64,000 bases of DNA from Eledone cirrhosa (taxonomy: Eukaryota): positions 308,636,001 through 308,700,000 of the forward strand of contig OZ024740.1 of NCBI GenBank assembly GCA_964016885.1, read 5' to 3'. The first letter of the stretch is position 1. Each line of letters begins with the position of its first letter. Positions 51,400-64,000 of the stretch are shown in pieces. The position numbers and the translations under genes were made by a program. The notes beneath the pieces were generated by a model that saw nothing but the letters and a program-made list of their open reading frames with translations, was not told the DNA's origin and did not search any database.

Positions 51400-51690
51400 T
51401 TGTTATTGAATCAACTATATTTTACAAAAAGAAGCTATACAATGATGGAAATATGAAAACAAAACAGATAAAAACAAAATTAAGTAATAAAAAAGGGGGG
51501 AAGGGTTAAATAAGGGCAGATCTGACTGTATAGGAAAGTAGAGGAAAGGACTATAAATGCCATAAATGAAATGAAAAGGGGGAAAAAAAGCAAAGACTAT
51601 TAGGCCATGGAAGAAAGAGAGGGGGTAGGGGAAAGGATGACAGGCTCTATGCCTAGGGTAGGTGGGGCAGTGTTTCCGTTGCACCCTGTG
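51400..51690 (-). mobile_element. Non-LTR-type 3' UTR repeat; second copy at 58948-59206 (+)
   Basis: gaaacactgcc...cctaggca...gcctaatagtc...ttcctatacag.cagatctg...ttgtaaaatatagttga shared by both copies, ending at a polyA-like signal. Confidence 0.65.
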
Positions 51691-51959
51691 GACAAAACTG
51701 CAATTGTTAGAGTGTTAGATGGGATATCTAACAGTATCTCTTCTGGCTCTTTACATTAAAATTTCAGAAACCACTCTGACCTGGTCCCTTAGGAGGTCCT
51801 CTAGCAAATGCCCAAGTATTTATTTAGCTAATCAATCTTCATGGCTGCTTAGCATCTGGCATGGGAGAGCGGCTGTCTGTGTGGGGGGGGGGGGTCTGTC
51901 TATGAGGGGATGTGGAGGTGTCTGTATGTGTGTATGTATTATATGCATGTCTGCATGTA

Positions 51960-54118
51960 TTATATATGTATGTATGTGAGTGTGTGTTAAATATGTGAGT
52001 GTGTATTAAATACGTATGTGAGTGTGTAGTATATATGTATGTATGTATGTATGTAGTATATATGTATGTGAGTATGTAGTGTGTATGTGAGTATGTAGTA
52101 TGTATGTGAGTATGTAGTATATATGTATGTGAGTATGTAGTGTATATGTATGTATTATAAGAATATTTTTTATTATATATGTATGTAGTATATATGTATG
52201 TATGTATTATATGTATGTGAGTATGTATTATATATGTATGTATGTATTAGATATGTATGTGAGTATGTAGTATATATGCATGTGAGTATGTAGTATATAT
52301 GTATGTGAGTATGTAGTATATATGCATGTGAGTATGTAGTGTATATGTATGTGAGTATGTAGTGTATATGTATGTGAGTATGTAGTATATATATATGTAT
52401 GTATGTATTAGATATGTATGTGAGTATGTAGTATATATGTATGTGAGTATGTAGTATATATGCATGTGAGTATGTAGTATATATGTATGTGAGTATGTAG
52501 TATATATGCATGTGAGTATGTAGTATATATGTATGTGAGTATGTAGTGTATATGTATGTGAGTATGTAGTATATATGTATGTGAGTATGTAGTATATATG
52601 TATGTGAGTATGTAGTATATATGTATGTGAGTATGTAGTGTATATGTATGTGAGTATGTAGTATATATGTATGTGAGTATGTAGTGTATATGTATGTGAG
52701 TATGTAGTATATATGCATGTGAGTATGTAGTATATATGTATGTGAGTATGTAGTGTATATGTATGTGAGTATGTAGTATATATGCATGTGAGTATGTAGT
52801 ATATATGTATGTGAGTATGTAGTATATATGCATGTGAGTATGTAGTATATATGTATGTATGTATTATATGTATGTGAGTATGTAGTATATATGTATGTAT
52901 GTAGTATATATCTGAGTATGTATTATATATGTATGTATGTATTAGATATGTATGTGAGTATGTAGTATATATCTGAGTATGTATTATATATGTATGTATG
53001 TATTAGATATGTATGTGAGTATGTAGTATATATGTATGTGAGTATGTAGTATATATGTATGTGAGTATGTAGTGTATATGTATGTGAGTATGTAGTGTAT
53101 ATGTATGTATGTAGTATATATCTGAGTATGTATTATATATGTATGTATGTATTAGATATGTATGTGAGTATGTAGTATATATGTATGTGAGTATGTAGTA
53201 TATATATATGTATGTATGTATTAGATATGTATGTGAGTATGTAGTATATATGTATGTGAGTATGTAGTATATATGTATGTGAGTATGTAGTGTATATGTA
53301 TGTGAGTATGTAGTATATATGTATGTGAGTATGTAGTATATATGTATGTGAGTATGTAGTATATATGCATGTGAGTATGTAGTATATATGTATGTGAGTA
53401 TGTAGTATATATGTATGTGAGTATGTAGTATATATGCATGTATGTATTATATGTATGTGAGTATGTAGTATATATGTATGTATGTAGTATATATCTGAGT
53501 ATGTATTATATATGTATGTATGTATTAGATATGTATGTGAGTATGTAGTATATATGCATGTGAGTATGTAGTATATATGTATGTGAGTATGTAGTATATA
53601 TGTATGTGAGTATGTAGTGTATATGTATGTGAGTATGTAGTATATATGTATGTATGTATTATAAGAATATTTTTGTATTATATATGTATGTGAGTATGTA
53701 GTATATATGTATGTATGTAGTATATATGTATGTGAGTATGTAGTATATATGTATGTATTAGTATATATCTGAGTATGTATTATATATGTATGTATGTATT
53801 ATATATGTATGTATGTAGTGTATATGTGAGTATGTAGTGTATATGTAGTATATATGTGAGTATGTAGTATATATATATGTATGTATGTAGTATATATGTG
53901 AGTATGTAGTATATATCTGAGTATGTAGTGTATATGTATGTGAGTATGTAGTATATATGTGAGTATGTAGTGTATATGTAGTATAAATGTGAGTATGTAG
54001 TGTATATGTGAGTATGTAGTATATATCTGAGTATGTAGTGTATATGTATGTGAGTATGTAGTATATATGTGAGTATGTAGTATATATGTGAGTATGTAGT
54101 GTAGTGTATATGTGTGTA
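51960..54118. repeat. 2.1-kb 23-bp satellite
   Basis: Unit gtatgtgagtatgtagtatatat with variants. Confidence 0.95.
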
Positions 54119-54249
54119 TTCTCTACTAGAATGTTCCACTACATGAACCACAGTATGCATCAATAAATTCTTCTCTTCCCATCAAAATAGTTATTCATCA
54201 CATTTTAGTTTGATTTTGCTGACGTTTGTCTCCTTTTTAATCAAACTGT

Positions 54250-54660
54250 TTTCTCTTCACACTTCCTCCTGCTTCTCACTTTTTTCTTCACTTCTTTCTT
54301 CCTCTCTCATCTTCCCTCTCATTGTTTTGTCTTCTATCTTCTTCCTATCCATATTCTTATGTCTACATATTCTTCTCTCTTCTTATTTAGTCCCTTTTCT
54401 TTTTCTCCTTCTTTCTCGACTTATTCTTCTTCTCTTTCCATCCATTTCTTCATCTATTTGTTTGGTGTTGTTGTTGTTGTTCTTCTTCTTCTTCTTCTTT
54501 TTCGTCTTCTTCGTCTTCTTTGTCTTTTTCTTTTTCTTCTTTTTCTTCGTCTTTTTCTTCTCCATCTTCTTTTTCTTCTCCATCTTCTTCGTTTTCTTCT
54601 TCTTTTCTTCTCCCCCCCCTCTCTATCCCTCCATATTCTATCTATAGATATCTTCCTTTA
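54250..54660. repeat. Polypyrimidine (TTC)n-rich tract
   Basis: Direct inspection. Confidence 0.85.
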
Positions 54661-55117
54661 TTATTCTGACATCTATTGACTTTACATCTTTTGTTCTTTT
54701 GTCATCATCATCTATTCTTATCACCCCCACCCCACCACCTCCACCTCCACTACCTCCTCCCATTCATCAGTTTTTGAAATTAAAACTATTCCATCTTGGT
54801 GGTGGACGTGTCAATGGGAAAACATGCAGAAAAGAAGTGCAACACCACGCCACTTCTGACACTGCATTCACTGATGCAGTGACTGCTGCTGCTGCTGCTG
54901 CTGCAGGTAGTAATATAGCTGCAGTTGCAGCTGCTGCTGTTTAGAATTGACAACCTTCAATTGCTGTTATTCTATCACCTTCCCTGCCATTCCACATCAT
55001 GCAACATTTTTCAACACTGAGAGACAGACACACAGACAATGTGTTGTGTGTTAATGTGTTACCTTCACTGATAGGTACATTGATGAACAGAAGAATAAGG
55101 AGTGTGTTAATGATGGG

Positions 55118-55470
55118 TAGATAGATAGATAGATAGATAAACAGACAGATAGATAGGCAGATAGATAGATAAGACAAACAGACAGACAAACAGATAGACA
55201 GATAGATAGACAGATAGACAGATAGATAGATGGATATACAGATATACAGATGGATAATCAGATAGATTGAGATGTTTCTTTATTAGCCACAGGGGCATAA
55301 AAGAAAGGGACAAATACAAAGGGGGAAGTTTACATACAATAAAAACATGTAAAATACTTCAGATAGATTGATAGATAGACAAATAGATGGATACATAGAT
55401 AGACAAACAGATTGCTAGATAGTTAAGTTAGATAGATAGATAAACAGATAGACATACAGATAGATAGATG
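55118..55470. repeat. (GATA)/(GACA)n microsatellites
   Basis: Direct inspection. Confidence 0.9.
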
Positions 55471-55572
55471 GTGAAATATTTTGCATTCCTCTTCAACTTT
55501 GCACTCAATCATTATATGTTCAGCATACAGATAAATGCATGGACATACACACATACATACAAACATACACTG

Positions 55573-55603
<31 letters not shown>

Positions 55604-55936
55604 GTGTGTTTTATGCTGGGTAACATTCCAATCATTAACTGTCTGGAGTCCACATTCATTTCCAGTGATATTCAGCTGTATCTGGCAGTATTGCTCCCTT
55701 GTGTGACCTGGCCAGTGGAGATATTGGTGTCTGTTTGGGAGACGTCTCCATATGTACTCGTACAGACATATCTTATGTGGCTGGTTGCCTTAGATTTCCT
55801 GGTTGATGGCATATATGTGAGAAGCCTTGGGACAAAGTAGTTTAGGATACATCTCACACATGTTATGAATATGTGTTTAACAATATTATAGAAGAAAAAT
55901 ATATTGCAGACTTATCAAACCCATTCAAGTACTAGT

Positions 55937-56201
55937 ACTTTTCTTTTTTTTTTTCTTTTTCTTTTTTTTTCTTCTTTCTTTTTCTTTTTTTTTTCTTCTT
56001 TATCTTCTTCGTCTCCTTCTTCTTCGTCTTCTTATTCATCTCCTTCTTCGTCTTCTTCTTCTTTTTCTCGTTCTTCTTTTTCTTTTTCTTTTTCTTTTTC
56101 TTTTTCTTTTTCTTTTTCTTTTTCTCTTTCTCTTTCTTCTCTTTCTTCTTCTTCTCTTTCTTCTTCTTCTTCTTCTTCTTCTTCTTCTTCTTCTTCTTCT
56201 T
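55937..56201. repeat. (TTC)n/(TTTTTC)n tract abutting an RTE 3' region
   Basis: Source of the poly-Lys/Glu/Ser pseudo-ORFs. Confidence 0.9.
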
Positions 56202-56692
56202 CAAACACTCTTTCTAGCAAGTCCAGTCAGAAGCAACTGACCCAGCTGGATCCCCAAGCAAGACCAGCCAAGCTCATGTATGTTATCCAACCATCTTGCT
56301 CAGGGTCCATCCCTAGGTCTCCTGCTAGTTGGTTTTGCCCATAAAATTTGTCCAATGAGGACAGATTTGTCCTGAGACATTCTAACCACATGGCCATAGT
56401 ACTGGAGCTGTGATATCTCAATTCGGAGAAGTAGCAGCTGTACCTGGAGTGACTCTTTAATCTCCAAGCTATGCACTCTATCGGCTGTTTGTATTTGTGA
56501 TTGTATTCTTTCAGTCATTACCCAGGATTCATGACCATAGGTAAGGGTTGGCCCAAATACCGAATTGAAGGTAGTGAGTTTGGCTTTTACACCTACCTCC
56601 CTTCTTCTGGCTTTTACACCTACCTCCCTTCTTCTGGCTTTTACACCTACCTCCCTTCTTCTGATTACTGAATGCTGAAGCTGGCGCATTAC
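56202..56692 (-). mobile_element. RTE-clade LINE 3' fragment (same family as 29695) with an internal 27-bp triplication
   Basis: FNSVFGPTLTYGHESWVMTE...QLQYYGHVVRM; ggcttttacacctacctcccttcttct x3 at 56582-56662. Confidence 0.88.
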
Positions 56693-57164
56693 TGAAATTT
56701 TAAAATCATAATAACAAGGAGCATTATAGATTTGCTATGTCTTATGGAAAGTATTGGTTATTGAACTAGTGAGAAAGTTTCAATCTACTCAGAGAATTTG
56801 TCTAATGAATCAGCCAAAGTTTATTAAAAAAAATGTTTCTCTTGTTAATTATTCCCAAGCTGACCCTGATTAAACTGACCCATACCCAAAGAGACTCCAG
56901 CTGCTATTATTCCATCTTTCTAGAGTCATAAGAGTTTTGAATAGAATATCTTGTGATATTTGTTCTAGCACCCTGCATTCTGAATCTCACAGAGGCCAAC
57001 ATTGCCTTTCATCTTTTGGGGGGTCAATAATATAAAGTTCCAGACCAGAGAAGTAGATTGGCAGAATTGCTAGACAATTAGACACAATGCCTTGCATTAT
57101 TCATTCCATCATTTTGCATTCTAAGTTTAAATATTTGGGTGGTAGACTTAACCTTTCATATGGT

Positions 57165-57616
57165 CAGTGCTGGACTTACCTATAAGATAAATAAGCTATA
57201 GCTTAGGGCCACACACCCTCGAGGGCCTCATTTTTAAAAACATATTATTATTTTATCATTAATTTTTATTCTTTAAAACTAAATCATCAAACATTATATA
57301 TGCATAAGGGCGGTGGTTTGGCAGTATCAGTAGAGCGTCGGTTATGGCCCTTTGTGTTCTGAGTTCAAATCCGCTGAGGCTAACTTTGCCTTTCATCCTT
57401 ACGAGGTCGATAAAATAAAGTATCAGTGGTGAACTGGGGTAATCGCTGGCCTTCTGCCAAAAGTAGAAACAATTATATATGCATATTATTTATTCTTTAT
57501 CACTAACATTAATATAAAAATTAATAATAATCATATATAATTATTTTAAATTTTTTTAGAGATGGGTCTAACATTTCATATAGCTTAAGGCCTCGGCTGG
57601 TGAAAGTTTGGCCCTG
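57165..57616. mobile_element. hAT-like MITE with 8-bp TSD
   Basis: TSD catatggt at 57157-57164 and 57617-57624; termini cagtgctggactt / aagtttggccctg. Confidence 0.85.
57307..57471 (+). mobile_element. Full-length family-A SINE with 14-bp TSD, inside the hAT MITE
   Basis: TSD attatatatgcata at 57293-57306 and 57472-57485. Confidence 0.9.
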
Positions 57617-58250
57617 CATATGGTTTGACATGAACACCTAACCCTTAGTTGTCTTTAGCAGAATCCACTCTGTTACAACCATTTGGATTAAGTCTCCAAA
57701 TTTAGGCTACCATCTTCCCTTCCACGAAGGCCCAGAAAAGAGTCATAGGCACCATCCTGACTAAAATAGCAATTAAAAAAACTGCTCTAAACTACATTAT
57801 TCAGTGTGTCCTTCCTTTTCTAAAGACAAACGATTCCTTGTGGGTTGATGTCCACACACACCATGCTAGCCTCACCAATTCTAGCAGTTCAGTACTGTTA
57901 TGATACATAACCTCTAAACAAGAGAAAGTTCACTGTTGAGAAAAACACATTTTGGTGGGTTAAATTCAAAATCTGGAATTCCTGCCAAAAAAGCTCTCAA
58001 CCAGTTTAAAACATTTATACATAAGGACAGAGTTGGAAACATAAAATCGAACACCCAATATAAAAAAAGAAATGTTTAACTTATACAGGAAGCAAGTCAG
58101 TCAAACAGAGTAAATATACATATATGTTTATGATGGTCACTGAATTTACTTCAGTGAGCTCCGGCCACTATTCATTCACTCAATGAGATAATAGGCTTGC
58201 AAATGAGAAAATACAAAAGAATTGTCTATGCTTGGGTAATATATATATGG

Positions 58251-58588
58251 AGGCACATGGCTTAGTGGTTAGAGCATTGGCCTTGCAATCGAAAGGTTGT
58301 GAGTTCAATTCTCAGACCGGGTGATGTGTTGTTTCCTTGAGCAAGACACTTTATTTCACATTGCTCCAGTTTACTCAGCTGTAGAAATGAGATGATAGGG
58401 ACTGGGGTCCCTATCATTCCACTACAAAGTGGTCGTGGAGGTGCCACGGCAAAAAAGCACCCAGCACTCACTGTAAATGAGGTTGGTGTTAGGAAGGGCA
58501 TCCAGCTGTAGAAATCAAGCCAGAATCAGTTCCCGTCCCACCCTTGCAAGCAGGGAAAAAGCGGACGTAAAATGAAATGATGATGATG
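58251..58588 (+). mobile_element. Full-length composite CORE/RTE-tail SINE
   Basis: A-box tggcttagtgg, B-box gagttcaattc, CORE-like domain, perfect 11-bp hairpin at 58392-58417, (GAT)n tail. Confidence 0.88.
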
Positions 58589-59454
58589 GTGTGTGTATGT
58601 GTATATATATATATATACAAACACACACACACACACATACATATATAGGAAAAGAGTCAGGACCCTGACGGCTGAGCTCTGGCTATTTCAACAACTAAAT
58701 CCGAACGTATCAAAATATGATACACACATACACATATATATATACACACACATATATATACACACACACACATACACACATATATATATGTATGTATGTA
58801 TGTATATATATATATTCATTACGGCTATTGTGACAAACACATAAAATAAGTGGTGTGGCTGTTGCAGCAGGTGTCGCTGGCCATTGTCTGCAGAAATTCT
58901 TTTACAGTGTTGTCTTTGAGGTGCAGCCAAAAGAACGCAGTGTTCAGTCGAAACACTGCCTTCACCTAGGCACAGTCTGTAACCCTCTTCTTCCCCTCTC
59001 TTTCTTCTGTTGCCTAATAGTCCTTGCTCTTTCCCTTACATTTATGGCATATATAGTCCTTTCCTATACTTTCCTATACAGCCAGATCTGGCCTTTTTTT
59101 ACTCTTTCCCCTTTGTTTTTTTCATTACTTAATTTTGTTTTTATCTTTTTTAATATTTCCACCATTGTATAACTTCTGTTTGTAAAATATAGTTGACATA
59201 ATAAAACCATAGCTAAACCTTTAAAAAAAATTAGCTCAATCACTTAGAGAGAAACACAACCATGATATAAACACATGCACACTCCTCATTCTAAAACAAC
59301 ACTTAGGCAAACAAGAAATTATTCTGCTTCAGTGACTCTAATTAGTATTTATATCATAAATTGGAAATCATTTAATTTTTTTAATGTTTAGAATTTTAGT
59401 CTGTTTAGACTGTCTCTAGCTTGGCTACCTAGATGGCATTTTTCTGAAGAAAAT

Positions 59455-59625
59455 GCATAGGGAAGAGAGAGGGCCTACCCCATTCATGACAGCAGTATAG
59501 CAGATAAAGCAATTAAGGATAAGAAAGTAGAGAAGGCACATGGACCATCAGGTGTGATCACTGAGGTGCTAAACATTCCTAGCATGGTAGGTTATGCTCT
59601 AGTCATGTGCATAATCAAGGAAGTA
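59455..59625 (+). mobile_element. RTE pre-RT fragment
   Basis: DKAIKDKKVEKAHGPSGVITEVLN resembles KAI..MK.GKAPGPSG...EML. Confidence 0.6.
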
Positions 59626-59882
59626 GGTACAGGCAGGGCCAGATTTAGAACTGGGAGGAGGTACATCAGGTTTTGGTGGGGGCACTTAAGGTTGGGGGGG
59701 ATCATACACAAAATAATAAAATACACAACAAACCTCCATACATAGATGTTAAATGAAAAAGATTGACCACCTTTATTTTAAATGCACTTTCCACACTTAA
59801 ATTTACTTAAAAACACACATATACGCAAATATATATATATATATACATTTATGAATTCATCTGTACACACATGCATACATAG

Positions 59883-60097
59883 ACTCTACTGTGTATACAT
59901 GTATACATGTACTCTACTGTGGTATTGTGTACTCTACTGTGTACTCTACTGTTGTATTGCATACTCTGTGGTGGTGATGTGTACTCTGCCATAGTGTTGT
60001 GTGCTCTACTGTGGTATTGTGCGCTCTACTGTGGTATTGTGTGCTCTACTGTGGTATTGTGTACTGTACTCTACTTTGGTGTTGTGTACTCTACTGT
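59883..60097. repeat. About 20-bp minisatellite
   Basis: Unit ctctactgtggtattgtgtg. Confidence 0.85.
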
Positions 60098-60559
60098 TTT
60101 CTGTTTGGTTATGTCCTATAACTTAGTTGTTCAACAAATAGAGATTGATAAAATAAGTACCAGATATATAACCATATGTACTGGTGTTAATATGATTGAC
60201 TAAATCCCTTCAATGTGGAGTCCCAACATGGCTGTAGAATAAGTACAATGGAATAATACACACACACACCTACAATCACACCTAAACACTCATTCACAAA
60301 CACACTCCACAAACACTCCACAAACACACTCCACACACACAAACACTCTCCACACACATACACACACTCACACACAGCACTCAGACACACACTCACTCAC
60401 ACACAACACACACACATACACTCCCATACAACATATACTGGACATAGTAAGCTTCTAATTTTTAATGACAATTACCTGTTGAAGCCTCACACAAGAGACT
60501 GGACATTTAAAGATCACTGAATAAAAGACTCTAGAGAATTCTACAACAGTTTACTCCTT

Positions 60560-61610
60560 CTTTCTCCCCTCCACCACTGTACGTGTCTCTCTCCCCTCCA
60601 CCACTGCACTTGTCTCTCTCCCCTCCACCACTGCACTTGTCTCTCTCCCCTCCACCACTGCACTTGACTCTCTCCCCTCCACCACTGCACTTGACTCTCT
60701 CCCCTCCACCACTGCACTTGACTCTCTCCCCTCCACCACTCTCTCCCCTTCATCACTTTCTCCCTTCCACCACTGCACTTGACTCTTTCCCCTCCACCAC
60801 TGTACTCCACCCTCTCCCCTCCACCACAGTACTCCACCCTCTCCCCTCCACCACAGTACTCCACCCTCTCCCCTCCACTACAGTACTCCACCCTCTCCCC
60901 TCTACCACAGTACTCCACCCTCTCCCCTTCACCACAGTACTCTACCATCTCCCCTCCACCACTGTACTTCACCCTCCATCACTGTACTCTACATCTCCCC
61001 TCCACCACTGTACTTTACCTCTCCCCTCCACCACAGTACTCTACCTCTCCCCTCCACCACAGTACTCTACCTCTCACCTTCACCACAGTACTCTACCTCT
61101 CCCCTCCACCACAGTACTTTACCTATCCCCTCCACCACAGTACTCTACCTCTCTTCTCCATCACTGTACTCTACCTTCTCCCATCCACCACTGTACTCCA
61201 CCCCCTCCCCGTTCACCACTGTACTCTGCCTTCTCCCCTCTACCACTGTACTCCACCCTCCACTGCAGTACTCTACCCTCTCCACCACTGTACTCCACCC
61301 TCCACCACTGTACTCTACCCCCTCCACCACTGTACTCTATCCTCTCCCCTCCACCACTGTACTCTACCCTCCACCACTATACTCCACTCTCTCACCTCCA
61401 CTATACTGTACTCTCCCCTCCACCACTATACTCCACCCTCTCCCCTCCACTACTGTACTCCACCTCCCCCCTCTACCACTACCCCCCCTCCACCACAGTA
61501 CTCCACCCTCTCCCCTCCACCACTATACTCCACCCTCTCCCCTCCACTACTGTACCCCCCCTACCACTACCCCCCCTCCACCACAGTACTCCACCCTCTC
61601 CCCTTCACAC
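60560..61610. repeat. C-rich 26-30-bp minisatellite
   Basis: Units ctctcccctccaccactgcacttgact and ctctcccctccaccacagtactccacc. Confidence 0.95.
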
Positions 61611-62072
61611 CCATCACAGATAGGTGAGCTGTGTCTGTATATAAGCAAGTATTGCCTGACCATAAACTCCATAACTGCTTGTTGGAGTTTCATCAAGCAG
61701 ACATTTTGTGGTGATATCAAAGCTGACATATCAAAGGAAGTGAACACTGTGTAACAGCTTTTCTGTGGAGAGTTTCATTGCAAAATATGTCAAGCTGGCA
61801 TCTTTTGATTTCTATAGATTTGGCTTGGAATCTGCTGATAATGAACACGGGCTGGAGATCAATAAGATATGGTCGACTGTTTGCTGATTGGTAGACTATT
61901 GATTTTTAGGCAAGAAGCAAAGAATACTACGTTTGTGTATTGTGAATGTGTCTGGGAATATGTGAATGTGTGTGTGTGAAAGGATGTGTGTGTGTGTGTG
62001 TGTCTGTGTGCGAAAGTGTGTGTGAAAGAGAGAGACAGACACGCACAGACAGAGAGAGAAAAAAGAATGTGC

Positions 62073-62132
<60 letters not shown>

Positions 62133-64000
62133 ATGTATGTGTTGGTGCATACATTGTTATTTGTGTATTGATGTAATAGTGCAGCAGACTGAATTTCTAT
62201 CACATAGAGGTGATAATGTTAGCAATTGAATATGGCCAGAGAGGTGAATATGTTTTTGAGGTGTTTTGTAGTGGAGTTGGATAGTATGAAAGTCTACTTA
62301 CATACAGGTGGTGATTCATAGAAGTAGCTGCACTTGTATGTATTGTTGCTGTTATGTGTAGCCTCATTCAACTTTGCTCAGGCAGTGTTTTTGACATCGA
62401 GGTAAATATCCAATGAAATATTTAGCAGCTGTTCCTCACACGCCTAACCTTAGTAGAGTTTAGGGGTATATCATATATTACTATATTCTGTGATTGACTG
62501 CATAGGATGCAGTCTAGCTACTAACCACAATACCTCAATGTAATTCCACAAGAATCCAATCTACCCAGAATGGAAACTAAATTTCCTATATCTTAGAAAA
62601 AATATGAAATCTTAGGACAATATTTCCAATATTTTAAAGACACTATACTACCACTATATATTCAGTCAACTGAAGTATCTTGGTAATGTGTGAGGAAATA
62701 TTGGAAGATCTGGTACCTATTCCAAACATTACACTCTACACATGTCCTGGCTATCATACTACGGGTGATAGAGTATGTTGTTGGGTGTGCAGTATGATAG
62801 ATCTACTCTTGTAGCATAACTACCATTTTACTACGTACCTACCACTATAGGCTTTTCACAAGCCAGAAGGCCAGAAGGCTGGTGCTTATCCTGGTTTCAG
62901 ATGAAAAGACTGAGAGTACAAGCCTTACCCCTGAACAGGGTTAAATCCCCCCCCCCCAATTCATTTTCAGCTTAGTACATTGGAGCAATGTGGAATGAAG
63001 CATTTTGCTCAAGACTACAGCATGCAACCCAACCCAGGAATCGAACCCTCGGCATTATAATCATAAGTTCAACACCCTTACCACTAGGCTACCGCCCCCA
63101 CTATACCATATACCTATCTCCATACCAGAGATCTATCTTTATCACATGTCACTTCAAGCAGAACAGTCTTGGTACATGAGTACATCTCAACAACAGCTTG
63201 AGCTGACATTGTTATATATATTAGTGAAAACTTTAAAAACAATGTTAGTGTTAGATTTACTTCCAGTCCAAGAGTTACTTAAGATAGGGAAGTCAAGGAT
63301 GAGAAACCAGACCAAACTTTAGACATATAGGTTGTGGGTGTTGGGCAAGGCATATGAGAGTTGGGTTCAACTGGTATATCAGTTTGGTGCTGGAAGAACA
63401 AAGGAGGGGTTTCATGAATATCTTCTGTGGTGTATGCATGTGTGTGTGCGTGTATGTGGTGTATGCACTGTGTGTATGCTGTATATTCTGTGTGTAAATG
63501 TGCATGTGTATGCATGTATGTGGTGTATGCAGTTTGTATGCTGTATGTTCTGTGTGTATACATATGTGTGTGTGCATGTATGTGGTGTATACACTGTGTT
63601 TGCTGTATGTTCTGTGTGTATTTTCTCTGTAATATGTATTCTGTATGTTATTTTGAATGGGTTCTACTGTTTGTATGTTCTGTTTATTGATTAGTTACGT
63701 GTGTGTGCATATACATGTGTGCGTATGTGTACATGTGTGTATGTGTGTGCACATATATATGTGTGTATGTGTGCACATGTGTATGTGTGCGTGTATTTAC
63801 ATTGTAGTTCTGGAGAGGGATGGGTGCCAAAAGGAGCAGACCCCCCCGCACCCCTACCTCCCACCCCCCACCGCGCCCGACCACCACCAAGACAGGTAAG
63901 GTGAATGTAGTTGTTGAGCTTTAGAATTGACAAATAAACATACCTCCAAATAGAGGATGTGAGGGTGGTAGTGGATATAATTGCAGTTATTGACTCAGGA

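Noticed and set aside
51960-54163. His/Tyr/Thr-rich ORFs up to 204 aa
   Set aside because: Translations of a 23-bp satellite.
54800-54945. (CTG)n/poly-Ala segment, and gtgtcagaagtgg on minus resembling a tRNA-Leu primer-binding site
   Set aside because: Lacks the initial TGG and any LTR or gag/pol sequence; the short ORFs have no recognisable homology.
56760-56828. KFSIYSENLS as the next ASAP exon
   Set aside because: Poor match to the conserved FLKFSxxTKELS and no suitable splice sites.
58251-58325. tRNA gene
   Set aside because: A/B boxes are present but continue into a SINE body repeated across the window; no proper acceptor stem or terminator.
60541-61627. 346-aa and 282-aa Pro/Ser/Thr-rich extensin-like ORFs
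   Set aside because: C-rich minisatellite with units of mixed length that shift frame; openness is compositional.
63840-63900. C-rich stretch ending in CAG|gtaagg as an exon or alternative first exon
   Set aside because: A good donor alone is insufficient; no acceptor or ASAP-like peptide upstream.

Overview
AT-rich, microsatellite-dense animal genomic DNA. The SINE repertoire (tRNA-head SINEs, CORE-type SINEs, RTE-tailed SINEs) and the repeat texture point to an octopus or other coleoid cephalopod; this is inference, not a database result. Only one host coding exon is supported: an 87-nt phase-1/phase-1 exon at 42722-42808 (+), absent from the ORF track, encoding HVSNEAYLAENLERLSKNASTRDQEEEI(G). 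It matches the N-terminal BAR domain of ASAP-family ArfGAPs. I found neither neighbouring exon, so the rest of the window appears to be two very large introns (>42.7 kb and >21 kb). These are filled with broken retroelements (Penelope-like, RTE, CR1/L2-type, L1/Tx1, R4/Dong, and a strikingly GC-rich CRE element), DNA-transposon relics and MITEs (Tigger, Tc1/mariner, piggyBac-like, hAT-like), several modular SINE families, and long micro/minisatellites. Nearly all ORFs in the track are repeat artefacts. I did not find a convincing new multi-gene system. The best leads are structural: a perfect 128-bp palindrome inside a larger inverted duplication next to a Penelope fragment; a 1.2-kb unit whose terminal inverted repeats are themselves foldbacks; a hairpin whose loop is flipped between SINE copies; hammerhead-like motifs; the GC-rich CRE insertion; and abundant inverted repeats around a symmetric exon. 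Family assignments rest on recognised motifs, not searches, and boundaries of degenerate elements are approximate.
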